From an archaeon (GTDB lineage: Archaea; Nanobdellota; Nanobdellia; Woesearchaeales; GW2011-AR9), in assembly GCA_043812455.1 (NCBI GenBank), contig JBDRMB010000039.1:12736-76735 (forward strand): a stretch of DNA of 64,000 nt, in the 5' to 3' direction. Numbering within the stretch: the first letter of the stretch is position 1; every line of letters begins with the position of its first letter. The notes beneath the pieces are model-generated. The model worked only from the letters and a program-made list of their open reading frames with translations. It was not told the origin of the DNA and made no database searches. Positions 1-10,000 of this stretch are shown here, one piece after another. A program made the position numbers and the translations under genes.

Positions 1-2052
1 ATTGTTACCATTACAAGTATAAAAACCAATTCCATTATTATGGGATATGATCGTGTTATTAGTTATCAGATTATTTGTTGAACTAGCCCTAAATTCCATT
101 CCTTCACCAGTAACATTTATAGAGTTGTTAATAATCAAAGAATCTTCCATTGTTCTTGCATGAATAAAATTATCAAAATTATTAACACCGGCAAAATTCT
201 TTATTGTAATATTATCAAATCCATCTCCACTGTTGTTAAGATTATCAAAACCAAAACCAGAACCGTTACCTGTAATTGTATAACCTGCTCCATCAATTAC
301 AATATTAGAAGCATTGATTATGAAGCAAGTTCCATTTGTTGTTATATTTGAAGTTAAAGTCAAATCTGAATTAACATCGCCACAGGAAGTTCCATTAGCA
401 GGAGCATCATGTATATAATCAAATTCTAATGAACTACCCCCCATTATCTTAAAGTCAAAGGTATCAGTTGGTTCAGCAACATTTTCTAAAGTGATGTATT
501 TCCATTCACCTTCTGCTGAACCAACCACCCCCGATGAACCCAACATGGGAAATGTTGTGTTTAGATTATAAACTTCAAACCAAGTGTTAGATTGTTCAGG
601 GTTTCTTACAAACACATCAATTACATTACCGTTAGTTAAATCAGTTTCATAAGTTACTCTGATAAATTCTTTTACGTTAATCGCTTCCGACCAAGTATCA
701 TCTTTAGTATTAACTTGATCATAAATGTCTGAAATATAGGTATAATTTTCATCAAGATGCTGAGCATTACTAATGTTAATTTCACCAAAACCAGGATCAT
801 CTGGAGTTAAAGTAAAAGTATAATCTTGCCCAGGAGTTAAACCGGTTTTGAACAAGACCCATTCCCCGTAACAACTTTGTTCAGCAAAGTCCCAATCTTT
901 ACATTTGTACAATTCAGTTCCTGTTGCAGTCACAGTTACAGTAGCATTAGTAAAATTAAACTGAGTTGGATCAATTGCATAAACCTTTACATAATCTGCA
1001 AATTCACCACTTTCCTCAACATCATCAATACTGATAAATTCAGACACATCAGAACCGATTTCAACATCGTGAATAACAATTGATTTAATATCATGATTTT
1101 TAGGTTTGATTGCAATGTTGTATCTTCCTTCTTTTATTTTCAACTTTTGAATAGAACTAATCCCTAAGCTTTTTGGTTTTCTGATTGTTTCGAAATTTTC
1201 TAGTATTCCAGTATCAACATTTTCAAATTCAAGATCATATTCAATTAATTCGTTTTTTGAGTTTTTAATTTCAGGACTAAATTCAAATTCTTTTTTAATA
1301 TCTTTTTCAGTAAAATCTTCTAAAGTATACTTAATATTCGTTAATTCTAATTCTGCACTTTCTTCAATTTCAAATACTAATGCAAATTCAGTTGAATTTA
1401 ATCCAGAGGGTAATAGACAACTTTCTAGGCATAAACCATTAAATTCAATCTCTCTTACGATAACACTAAGGGTTTCATTATTTTCTTCATCACTTTTTGG
1501 GCTTTCTATAGTTTCTTCTTCAGATGTTTCCTCACTCCGCTCTGATTGGTTCAAAGTATCATTGATGCTTAAAGAGGTAGAATTGAATTCTGCGGAAGCA
1601 TTATTTTTTAACGAATCGTTAATGGATTCTCTCTCAAACGATTCAGGGATAGTTATATTCAATTCTGTTGAACCGTTTTCTTTAACCATATTTCCCGTAA
1701 TAAGATTCTTATTTTTGGAAAGTTCATCAGTATCCATGATTAAATATCTTTGACCCCCTATAGTTTCCAAATAAACCTTAACTCTACCATCTCCTTTGTA
1801 ATTACCATCGATTCTAACACTTTTTAAGTAAAATAAAGACGGATGATCCTGCAATATCCAAGCAATTTCCTGATTCGAATTCACTTTGAGGTTCATACCC
1901 TGTTCATATTGAATGAATTCTTCAGATGAAATAATTAAACCAGTTAAAGCTGGTTCAAATAAAATATGTCCTAAGAATAAAATGACTAGAACTAGTAAAA
2001 CTAAAGGAAGGTATGTTCCAATTCCTAGTCTTTTAGTTTTTCTTCTCGCCAC
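1..2052 (-). CDS. Large surface protein, N-terminal 684 codons only (gene runs off the window start): signal-anchor, N-terminal cassette shared with ORF 4056..10661, then parallel beta-helix (PbH1-like) repeats
   Basis: Absent from the supplied track because there is no in-window stop. I checked every in-frame triplet from 2052 to 1 on the minus strand and found no stop. GTG start at 2052: VARRKTKRLGIGTYLPLVLLVLVILFLG (basic N-terminus plus TM), then ALTGLIISSEEF. The middle, VYAIDPTQFNFTNATVTVTATGTELYKCKDW..LTPDDPGFG, parallels the 2201-aa ORF. The end, ITIKNFAGVNNFDN...NNTIISHNNGIGFYTCNGNN, looks like beta-helix repeats. Confidence 0.75.
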   Translation of the reverse strand, partial: MARRKTKRLGIGTYLPLVLLVLVILFLGHILFEPALTGLIISSEEFIQYEQGMNLKVNSNQEIAWILQDHPSLFYLKSVRIDGNYKGDGRVKVYLETIGGQRYLIMDTDELSKNKNLITGNMVKENGSTELNITIPESFERESINDSLKNNASAEFNSTSLSINDTLNQSERSEETSEEETIESPKSDEENNETLSVIVREIEFNGLCLESCLLPSGLNSTEFALVFEIEESAELELTNIKYTLEDFTEKDIKKEFEFSPEIKNSKNELIEYDLEFENVDTGILENFETIRKPKSLGISSIQKLKIKEGRYNIAIKPKNHDIKSIVIHDVEIGSDVSEFISIDDVEESGEFADYVKVYAIDPTQFNFTNATVTVTATGTELYKCKDWDFAEQSCYGEWVLFKTGLTPGQDYTFTLTPDDPGFGEINISNAQHLDENYTYISDIYDQVNTKDDTWSEAINVKEFIRVTYETDLTNGNVIDVFVRNPEQSNTWFEVYNLNTTFPMLGSSGVVGSAEGEWKYITLENVAEPTDTFDFKIMGGSSLEFDYIHDAPANGTSCGDVNSDLTLTSNITTNGTCFIINASNIVIDGAGYTITGNGSGFGFDNLNNSGDGFDNITIKNFAGVNNFDNFIHARTMEDSLIINNSINVTGEGMEFRASSTNNLITNNTIISHNNGIGFYTCNGNN

Positions 2053-2270
2053 TATGTTTTTCCTTTCTTAAGATATTCTTTTTTGAGGTAATGCAATTTA
2101 GCCATACCAACCGGCCTTATCCGTAAGATATCGGCACCTTTCAATTCAGCTAAAGCTACAGCAACAGTATTTCTAGAAATTTTCAGGTAAGAGGCAATCT
2201 CTGTAACAGTTAATCCATCAGTGTTTTTTCTAAGAAAATCCTCTACTAACTGCCTTTTTGTCCGCTTCAA
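2052..2270 (-). CDS. Small winged-helix/HTH DNA-binding protein (72 aa)
   Basis: TTG start with GAGGT about 13 nt upstream. LTVTEIASYLKISRNTVAVALAELKGADIL is an HTH pattern. Its TAG stop overlaps the GTG start of the downstream giant gene (TAGTG), implying translational coupling. Confidence 0.65.
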   Translation of the reverse strand: MKRTKRQLVEDFLRKNTDGLTVTEIASYLKISRNTVAVALAELKGADILRIRPVGMAKLHYLKKEYLKKGKT

Positions 2271-2340
2271 AGTACTACCAAACCTCTTTTCTCATTAATT
2301 AACCGGTAATTTTTACTAAATTATAGAGAAAAGGATTATT

Positions 2341-2438
2341 TTGCCCTTTATAAATATTTGGGCAATACTGATTAGTAGTATTGTTGAGTAGTATTGTTGA
2401 GTAGTATTGATAAGTATTATTGGTGAGCAATATTGCTC
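2341..2438. promoter_or_regulatory. Divergent promoter/operator region with a TATA-containing inverted repeat, a 13-nt tandem repeat and a perfect 14-nt palindrome
   Basis: TTGCCC-TTTATAAATATT-GGGCAA (2341..2365). AGTAGTATTGTTG repeated 3-4 times in tandem (2374..2425). GAGCAATATTGCTC (2425..2438). The region lies between the divergent genes 2270(-) and 2530(+). Confidence 0.5.
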
Positions 2439-2529
2439 AATTTTAAACTAAAGGGGTATTGAACCCACCAAAATAAAATGTTAAAACTAAATCGTTGAAT
2501 TTATATACTAGAAAAAAATAATTGTAGAT

Positions 2530-3372
2530 ATGGTTTTAGAATCAATCATAAGTTCTCTCCATGCAGAACGGAGACCAGAAGAGATGGTAATTTATGGATT
2601 TATGACTGCTACAATAGCTTTACTTCTTTCCATTTGGGTATTTCCAGCCTATGCAAGCTTTGCAATGGTAACATTCACAGTTATGGCAATCTTGCCTTTA
2701 ATGATACATGTCATGAAACTAGAAAAGGAAAAACAAGAAAGTAAAAATTCCAAAGGATTGCTAGAACATAAGAGGGTTGTCCTTTTCTTCATATGTTTAT
2801 TTATGGGTTTTACATTAGCTTTTGTATTTTGGTTTTTGTTACTTCCAACAGACTTATCAACTGACGTTTTCCGTTTACAAATGAATACTATCACAGATAT
2901 CAATAGCCCAACTGGTTCAGCAATTTCACAAAGTCATACTTTTGGCAATATTTTTGTAAATAATCTTAGAGTTTTATCTTTGAGCATTTTATTTTCCTTC
3001 ATATTTAGTTCTGGAGCAATCTTTATTTTGGTATGGAACGCTTCAGTTGTAGCTGTAGCAATGGGAAGTGTGTTCAAAATGGTGGTTGCTGCTGGTGAAG
3101 CAAGTAGTGCAACTTATTTCTGGGCAGCCTCTTTTGCTGCATTGAGATATCTCGTGCATGGAATTCCTGAAGTTACTGCTTATTTTATTGGTGGATTGGC
3201 GGGAGGAATTATTTCATTCACCATACTTGATTACAAATTAGGGTTAAGTAAACTGTTTAAAAAATCTTATAGGCCTTTGAAAGATGCCACTTATTTAATA
3301 ATTGGAGCATTGATATTACTAGTAATCTCAGCTTTAATTGAAGTTTTTATTACCCCTATTCTGATTCAATAG
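2530..3372 (+). CDS. Polytopic membrane protein, stage II sporulation protein M-like / DUF95 family
   Basis: 280 aa with multiple hydrophobic helices. NNLRVLSLSILFS..GAIFILVWNASVV and HGIPEVTAYFIGG fit the DUF95/SpoIIM pattern as I recall it. Clear paralog of 11932..12771. Confidence 0.65.
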   Translation: MVLESIISSLHAERRPEEMVIYGFMTATIALLLSIWVFPAYASFAMVTFTVMAILPLMIHVMKLEKEKQESKNSKGLLEHKRVVLFFICLFMGFTLAFVFWFLLLPTDLSTDVFRLQMNTITDINSPTGSAISQSHTFGNIFVNNLRVLSLSILFSFIFSSGAIFILVWNASVVAVAMGSVFKMVVAAGEASSATYFWAASFAALRYLVHGIPEVTAYFIGGLAGGIISFTILDYKLGLSKLFKKSYRPLKDATYLIIGALILLVISALIEVFITPILIQ

Positions 3373-3961
3373 TATAAGAAATTGAGTTTAATTCAACTTG
3401 TGTATTTTCACTAAGCTGAAATATTAACTTATTGCTTTTATCATGGGCAAATTTAACATTAATAAAACAAGTTTCTGAACATTCGTTTCGAAATGCACCA
3501 TATACTGTGAATTGATCTTCAGAAAGCTCGTAATCAACATAATCAAAAGGCTCACTTGGAACAACATTAATCTTAATTTTTTCGGGATCTGCTACTGCAA
3601 ATCCAGTAATTAAATTTCCGTTCCTGCTTGTCTCTTGAATATTAGAATAAACCAATTTTTGGTTTCCCTCATAATCTTCAAATAGAATTCTTACTACCCC
3701 TTCACCTTTAATATTCCCACTAACTGATAAAGATCTAACTTTAAAATTGTCTTCTGTAGACAATTCATATTCCTGGCTATTGCTTATTATAAGATTAAAA
3801 TCTTCTGTGATTACATCTGAAGAAACAAACCCCGTAATGAGATTTCCTTTAGCAAAGTTTGTATTATTGATTAGAAAAATGCCACCAAGAACAAAAATTA
3901 AACAAGCTACAATTAAGATTTCAACGTGGTGCGTCTTATTTTTTCTTTTTCGAGCGACCAT
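3356..3961 (-). CDS. Membrane-anchored secreted protein, a miniature paralog of the N-terminal cassette of the giant surface proteins
   Basis: Basic N-terminus plus TM (ILIVACLIFVLGGIFLI). Two NLITGF motifs. SLSVSGNIKGEGVVRILF and FRNECSETCFINV..LIFQL..VELNSISYTIE match SLKLSGKVIGNDSVKVYL and FEDICSDTCLLP..LVFEI..LELTKIWFALE of ORF 4056..10661. Confidence 0.6.
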   Translation of the reverse strand: MVARKRKNKTHHVEILIVACLIFVLGGIFLINNTNFAKGNLITGFVSSDVITEDFNLIISNSQEYELSTEDNFKVRSLSVSGNIKGEGVVRILFEDYEGNQKLVYSNIQETSRNGNLITGFAVADPEKIKINVVPSEPFDYVDYELSEDQFTVYGAFRNECSETCFINVKFAHDKSNKLIFQLSENTQVELNSISYTIESE

Positions 3962-4055
3962 TTTTTCTCTTACAACTTTCTTTTTAGGATGTTTAATAGT
4001 TGTCCTCCTTTTATATCTTTTGATTTTTGTAAATCTTTGGGTACTTTTCCTCGCC

Positions 4056-7000
4056 TTATATGCTGATTTTTTTCTTTTCTTTTTTTCTAGACACTTTATT
4101 CTTTTTAGCTTTAGATTTCTTTATTTGGTAAACAAATAATGAAATAATCATTGCCAGGAAAACAATTACTCCTAACACAATATTAATTATTGTTGAATTT
4201 ACATTAATTAATTCTAAAACGTTGACTGGCGGCAAGAAAGTTATAAGCAATAAGGCCAAGATTACAACAATTACTGCCACATATAATGCCGCTATTAACC
4301 AAGAAATTTTCTTTGGCAACTTGGATTTTCTTAATGAGATTAAAGCAAGTAACAGTACTAATAGTAGTATTGTTGGGATCAATAATTCCGGATTTGGAAG
4401 ACTTATTGGTGAAACTGTTGGTGAAAATGTTGCTGCGCCAGTTAGAGGAATATCTCCTTGTGATCCTTTTCCAACACTAGGAGTGTCAATTATTTCTTCA
4501 CAAGTTTTACTTTCTACTGGTTTACTAAGATCCGTATCACAATGGTTAACAGTATTAGGTTTGAATTCAGTAGTTCCACAATTATTTATTTCTGTACATT
4601 CTCTAGTTGATTTGTCATCAATGCAATCATTCCAAGCAGTGCAAGCCCAATTTTCTTTACATTCCCCCCCAGTTTCGTTTTCAATGGTAGTGGTAGTTCT
4701 AGAACTACCGCCCCCTCGACCACCGCCAGTTTGACATGTTCCACAATCAGCAGTACAGGAAGAACACGATTCACCATTGTTACAAGAACCATCACCACAA
4801 AATAATCCTTCTTCAGCATAATATGTACTGAATCCTGTAACGCTGAAAGTAAGATTTCCTCCAGTGTAACTTAATTCAGTACAATCAACACACGTAGATC
4901 CATCTTTCAATATTGCTGGGTCTGTAAAGGAAAGATTGTAAAGTGTTAATATTGCAGGCTTGTTAAATTCAGGTAAGTCTTCTGAACTTATGCTAATTAA
5001 ATTGTTTGAAATGTCTATATTGGAATCTAAATCTAGACTACTATTGATACTGATCGTTTCAGTAAAGTTAACTAACCCATAGTTGGAAACAGTTAAGATT
5101 AAGTTAGTTATACTGGAAAGATTTGCAGTATCAAAGTTAGTTCCACCAAATTCTGTTGAAATTATATAATCACAAGTTAAGTAAGTTCCATTACCTGCCG
5201 GTAAGGTGGCGTTCGTTCCACAAGCATTAGTATCGTTATACAAAGTTAAAAAAGTGTTATTTGCTAAACAATCTTCATCTATCTGAATCCAATGTTCAGC
5301 ACAGCCAGCATCTGTTGTCTGAGTATTGTTAACCCAATTGGAATTAACATTACCATAATCATCTACTGTTCTAGTTGAAATTGTGTATGGCATACTTGAA
5401 TTCAGATTGGTTGCATAATAATATTCATTTGAAGTATTTACAATATTATTTCTATTCAAGTACACTTCTACGTGACTGAAATCTGAATCTACCGGATTGT
5501 TCCAAATCCAATAAACATAGCTTATGCTCTTTTGTAATAATGCCAAACCATTGATTGTTGCTGGTGCCATTGTGTCTATTGTGAATGTTATGTTGGTTGT
5601 GTTAACATTTCCATAAGTATCGTTAGCCCAGGCATTGAGTGTATTGCTTCCTTCTGAAAAAGTTCTGTAAACTGGTGAAGTATAAGTTTCGTTAGCTGTG
5701 CCATTATAGAACCAGACGTTGCTTGCTCCAGATGTAGAAAGATTCATAAGTACAGATGAGTTCGTATACGTTATAGCTGTAGGACTAATAATTGTTATTC
5801 CTGGTGCACCATCATAATCGCAACTGAACGTTTCATTTGCAGGAGCATTGTCATCAGATCCTAAACCAGTCTGCGAGTAACAATTGTTGGTATCATTGTA
5901 CCATTGAGTTAATTGATCTGAAGAATTACAACTGGTGTTTACAGCAATCCAGCTAGGAGAACAAAAGTCACAACTAGTGTAATTAAAATCCCAGTAAATA
6001 TTGTTAACATCATTATTCCACAAGTCGCTAGGTAAGCCAGTGATTGTGTAACATGAATTGTAGTTTGCATCGTACTCAGTTAAACTACGATTTTCTAATT
6101 GAGTATCGTTTATTAGGCAGATACTTTGATCTTCCCAGTTAGACCAACTAGTGTTAGTTACACTGTAACTGCAGTAATCACAGGACTTAATGGTACCATT
6201 ATCTACTGGTAAATCATTAGTTGTCCCACAGATGTTATTATCAGCATAGTATTTAGTTCTATTGTCAGAAATATTACAGGAAGTGTACTGGACTTCCCAG
6301 TTCTCAACACAAGAACCAATTGTTATATTGATTAAAGGATTATAGTAATCTGAATAAATATTACTACCTACTAAATCTATTGCTCTACATTGAAGATTAA
6401 CATCAGACTGATCGGAAATATTTGAGATATCCCAGATATAACTATTTCCTTCAGTATGATTCCCAATATAAATCCAATAATATCCCTCACTAACCCCTTC
6501 ACCGATTATTTGAACATTATCAATTAAACATTCAGTAAATTCATCAGTTGCACTAACTCCGGTCAAGTAACATCCAGCATCAAAAGAATAACTTCCGGAA
6601 TTCAAATAAACAGAATATGATTCGCTTCCTGCTGTAGCTAAATTACTTCCACCATTCCCATCACCCAATATTTGTACTCCATTAATTATAGAATTATCAC
6701 TAATATTTCTAAATTTAATCATACCATATTCATTAGATTCCATCTCCGAACTTATTATCAATCTGTAATCAAAACTTACTGTAACGTTTCCCGATTCAGT
6801 AATATCCACATTTCTCCCCCAACCACCAGAATAAGCACCATTAGCAGAATTAGGACTATCTAAATTCAAAGCAACTTCTAAACAATTGCTTCCACTAGGA
6901 CAAGAATAACTATCTTTCCTACTAGAACTTAATCTAGTTCCAGTTTCTTGAACTGTATTTCCAGAGGTACCATATTTATTATCAGTATAACTGAAACTAT

Positions 7001-10000
7001 CAGTATCAGATTCAAAACCAGCATTAAAGTATGTTGAATTTCCAGCCCCGGTTTGATAATAATAAGCATTTATTAGATAAGTGATAGTATCATTTTCAAC
7101 ATCAGTTGATCCAGAACATTGAATCTCAACATCACCAACAAAAGTGTTATTACAATTTCCACCATCACAAGTTATTGATGTTGGAACCGTAGGATTGTTT
7201 TGTGAAGTATAGTTTAATGTTAATCCAACATAATCATGAATTAAGTAAGTCTCATAATTATAACTCATTCCAGTTTCATTATGTTCAAAAGCAATCCTAA
7301 CAATTCCAGATGAATCATTGTACCAATTTTGTTCAGGAAAAGAGTTAGTTCTTAAGATAGTTTGTTGAGTATCGTCCCAAGTACTAGTGATAGTATAAGA
7401 AGTAGAACTTAATTTATCCCATTGACCTGTTGACCAATCATAAATTCTGATATAAGAGGGTTGACAAGTCCCATGTCCATCACTACATTCAGCAGGATCA
7501 CTTTTAGGTCCACAATAACCATCATCTCCAATAGCATAACCTTTCCATTCAAAAGTAAGTTGATCTAATTCTGTGACATTTAAAGCGCTAACATTAAAAT
7601 CAAAATAGGTCATCCAATTGTTATTGTTAGGGGTGGTAGCATCTTTATAACCATTACAATAATAAGAAGAATCATCTGCCCAAGTATTGGTATAAGTTCC
7701 AGATGATAATTCATGCTTATTCCCTGAAACAATAAAAGTATAACTTCCAGCATCAGCAGTTCCCGTACTTGGAGAACCTTCTGCAAAACCGGGATCGTCA
7801 GGAGTTAAAGTGATATTATATTCTTGCCCTGGAATTATTTCCATTATTTCAACCCAACCACCAACATAGTCACAAATTTGTCCATCAGGTTCATCTGGAT
7901 CAATAACACAATTCTCTTCTTTTATTTCACAAGTGCTAGTTGTAAAATTCCAAGTGGAGCATTTGAATAGTTTAGTACCTTTAGCTTCTTTTATAGTTAC
8001 TGTAGCACTAGTAAAATTAAATTTAGTAGGGTCGATAGCATAGACTTCGATAAATTCTGTTAAGTTATTTTCAGATTCGTTGACGTTATCAATATCAATT
8101 AACTCACTAACGTTTGAATTTATAGAAACATCATTGATTAATATTTCTTTAATTGGATTATTTTCAGGATTGATTTTAATATCATAAACACCTTCTTTAA
8201 TCTTAGTGTCAATAGATTTTTTTCCATTTCCTGGTTTTTGATTAGATTTAGATCTATCTTTTTTAGCAATTCCTAAACTTACTCCTTTCTTGATATCTGC
8301 TTTAGTTTGATATATAACTTGTTCAGTTCCACTATCAACAAATTCTAAAGTTACATTAACTGCATCGCCCTTAGAGTCTTTAACATCAACATTAAAATCG
8401 AATTCTTTCTGGACACCAAATGAAACTACTTCAGTATGATCCCCAACATAAATTCTAAAGTATTCATTATTCCAATTAGGTACAATCAAAGTAACATTTT
8501 CTCCAGCCACCGATTCATCTTGTGATAATTCATATTCAGCTAAATTTCCTTCAATTCTTATTGGAAGAACTATCTCTGAATCGTGGTGGAAAATTACAGT
8601 TAATGTTTGATTTTCAAATACTACAGAATCAATGATAGCATCATAAAGAGGATCTTCTTTAATTATCTGATAATTGATTTCAGTTAAATTATTAGCTTCA
8701 GCAAAAGCATTCCCACCAATTTCTAAATTGATGGTATAATTGTCAGTGATATTTTTTAGATAAGTCCAACCTTGTTCACAATTCCAAGTTGAAACATTCC
8801 AATTGATACAAGTATGTAATTTATTTGCAGAACCGATGATGTTTGCTGTTCCTTCATAAGGTACACTAACTGCATAAGCTTGAGTCCAATTCTCGTTACC
8901 ACTGACATTATAATCAATAACAATAGAATTATTAACACTTTCATTGATCAAAATATCATCAAAATTAATTTCACTTATTGAATCATTCAAAGTTACACTT
9001 AGATTATAGATTCCAGCTAAAATCAATTCTGGTTCATTATTATTTAATTTAGATTCATCAAGATAAATCAAAGAATCAATTAAGTTTCCATCCTGATCAA
9101 TTACTTCAATTTTAAAATTAACTTTAGGTTCCATATCTTCTAAAGCAAACCAGATTTTAGTTAATTCTAATTCCGTTCCTTCTTCAATTTCAAATACTAA
9201 TGTAAATTCAGTTGAGTTTAACCCAGAAGGCAATAAACAAGTATCTGAACAGATATCTTCAAATTCAATTTCATTAATTTCTTCAGTTATGTTAATAGTT
9301 ATATTTTCTTCAACTTCTCTAAACTCTCTAAACTCTTCACCATCGCCTTTTACTGTGATCTTACTGTCCATCCGAGTATCTATTCCATCAACGATCCAAT
9401 AAGTTCCAGGACTATCGAATGTCCAACTATAAGTTTCTCCAGATTCAAGTTCTTCGCTTCTGATGCTAGTGTAAGGATTACGAGCACCAACTATCATTGC
9501 TGTTCTAGGAGTTTTTTCTTCCCGAAGGTTATGCCAGACAATTGTATCTCCAACGCTTAGATCTAAAACTTCTGGTTCAAATTCTTCATAAGTAATATTT
9601 ATATGATATGTTACAGGTCCCACTTCAATTTTTTCTTCCAACTTTTCTAATTCTTCAGTTTCATTAACATCTGTTTCGTTAATTGTTTCTGTAACTTCTG
9701 CAATAGTTTCGTTTGTTACTAATGCCCCACTAGAACCACCACCAGAACCGCTAGAGGTATTATTGGTTGTATTAATAACATTTGATGTTGTGTTTGTAAC
9801 ATCAGTTGAAGTGGCATTTGTTAACGTTTCATTAATAGTGAGATTAGTTTCTAATTCATCAACAGTTTCATTTATAGAAATGTTTTGTTCAGAAGTTTCT
9901 GGAGTTGTAACATTCTCAATTTTATCTCCTGTTTTGTTTGCAGTTGTTTCTTCAACAGTTTCTTCTATTTCTTCTTCTGGAACCCCAATAGTTTCATTTG

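Noticed and set aside
4222-4819. ORFs 4222..4734(+), 4286..4480(+) and 4586..4819(-) inside the 3' end of the giant gene
   Set aside because: They are fully nested in the long, motif-rich minus-strand ORF and have no independent signals.
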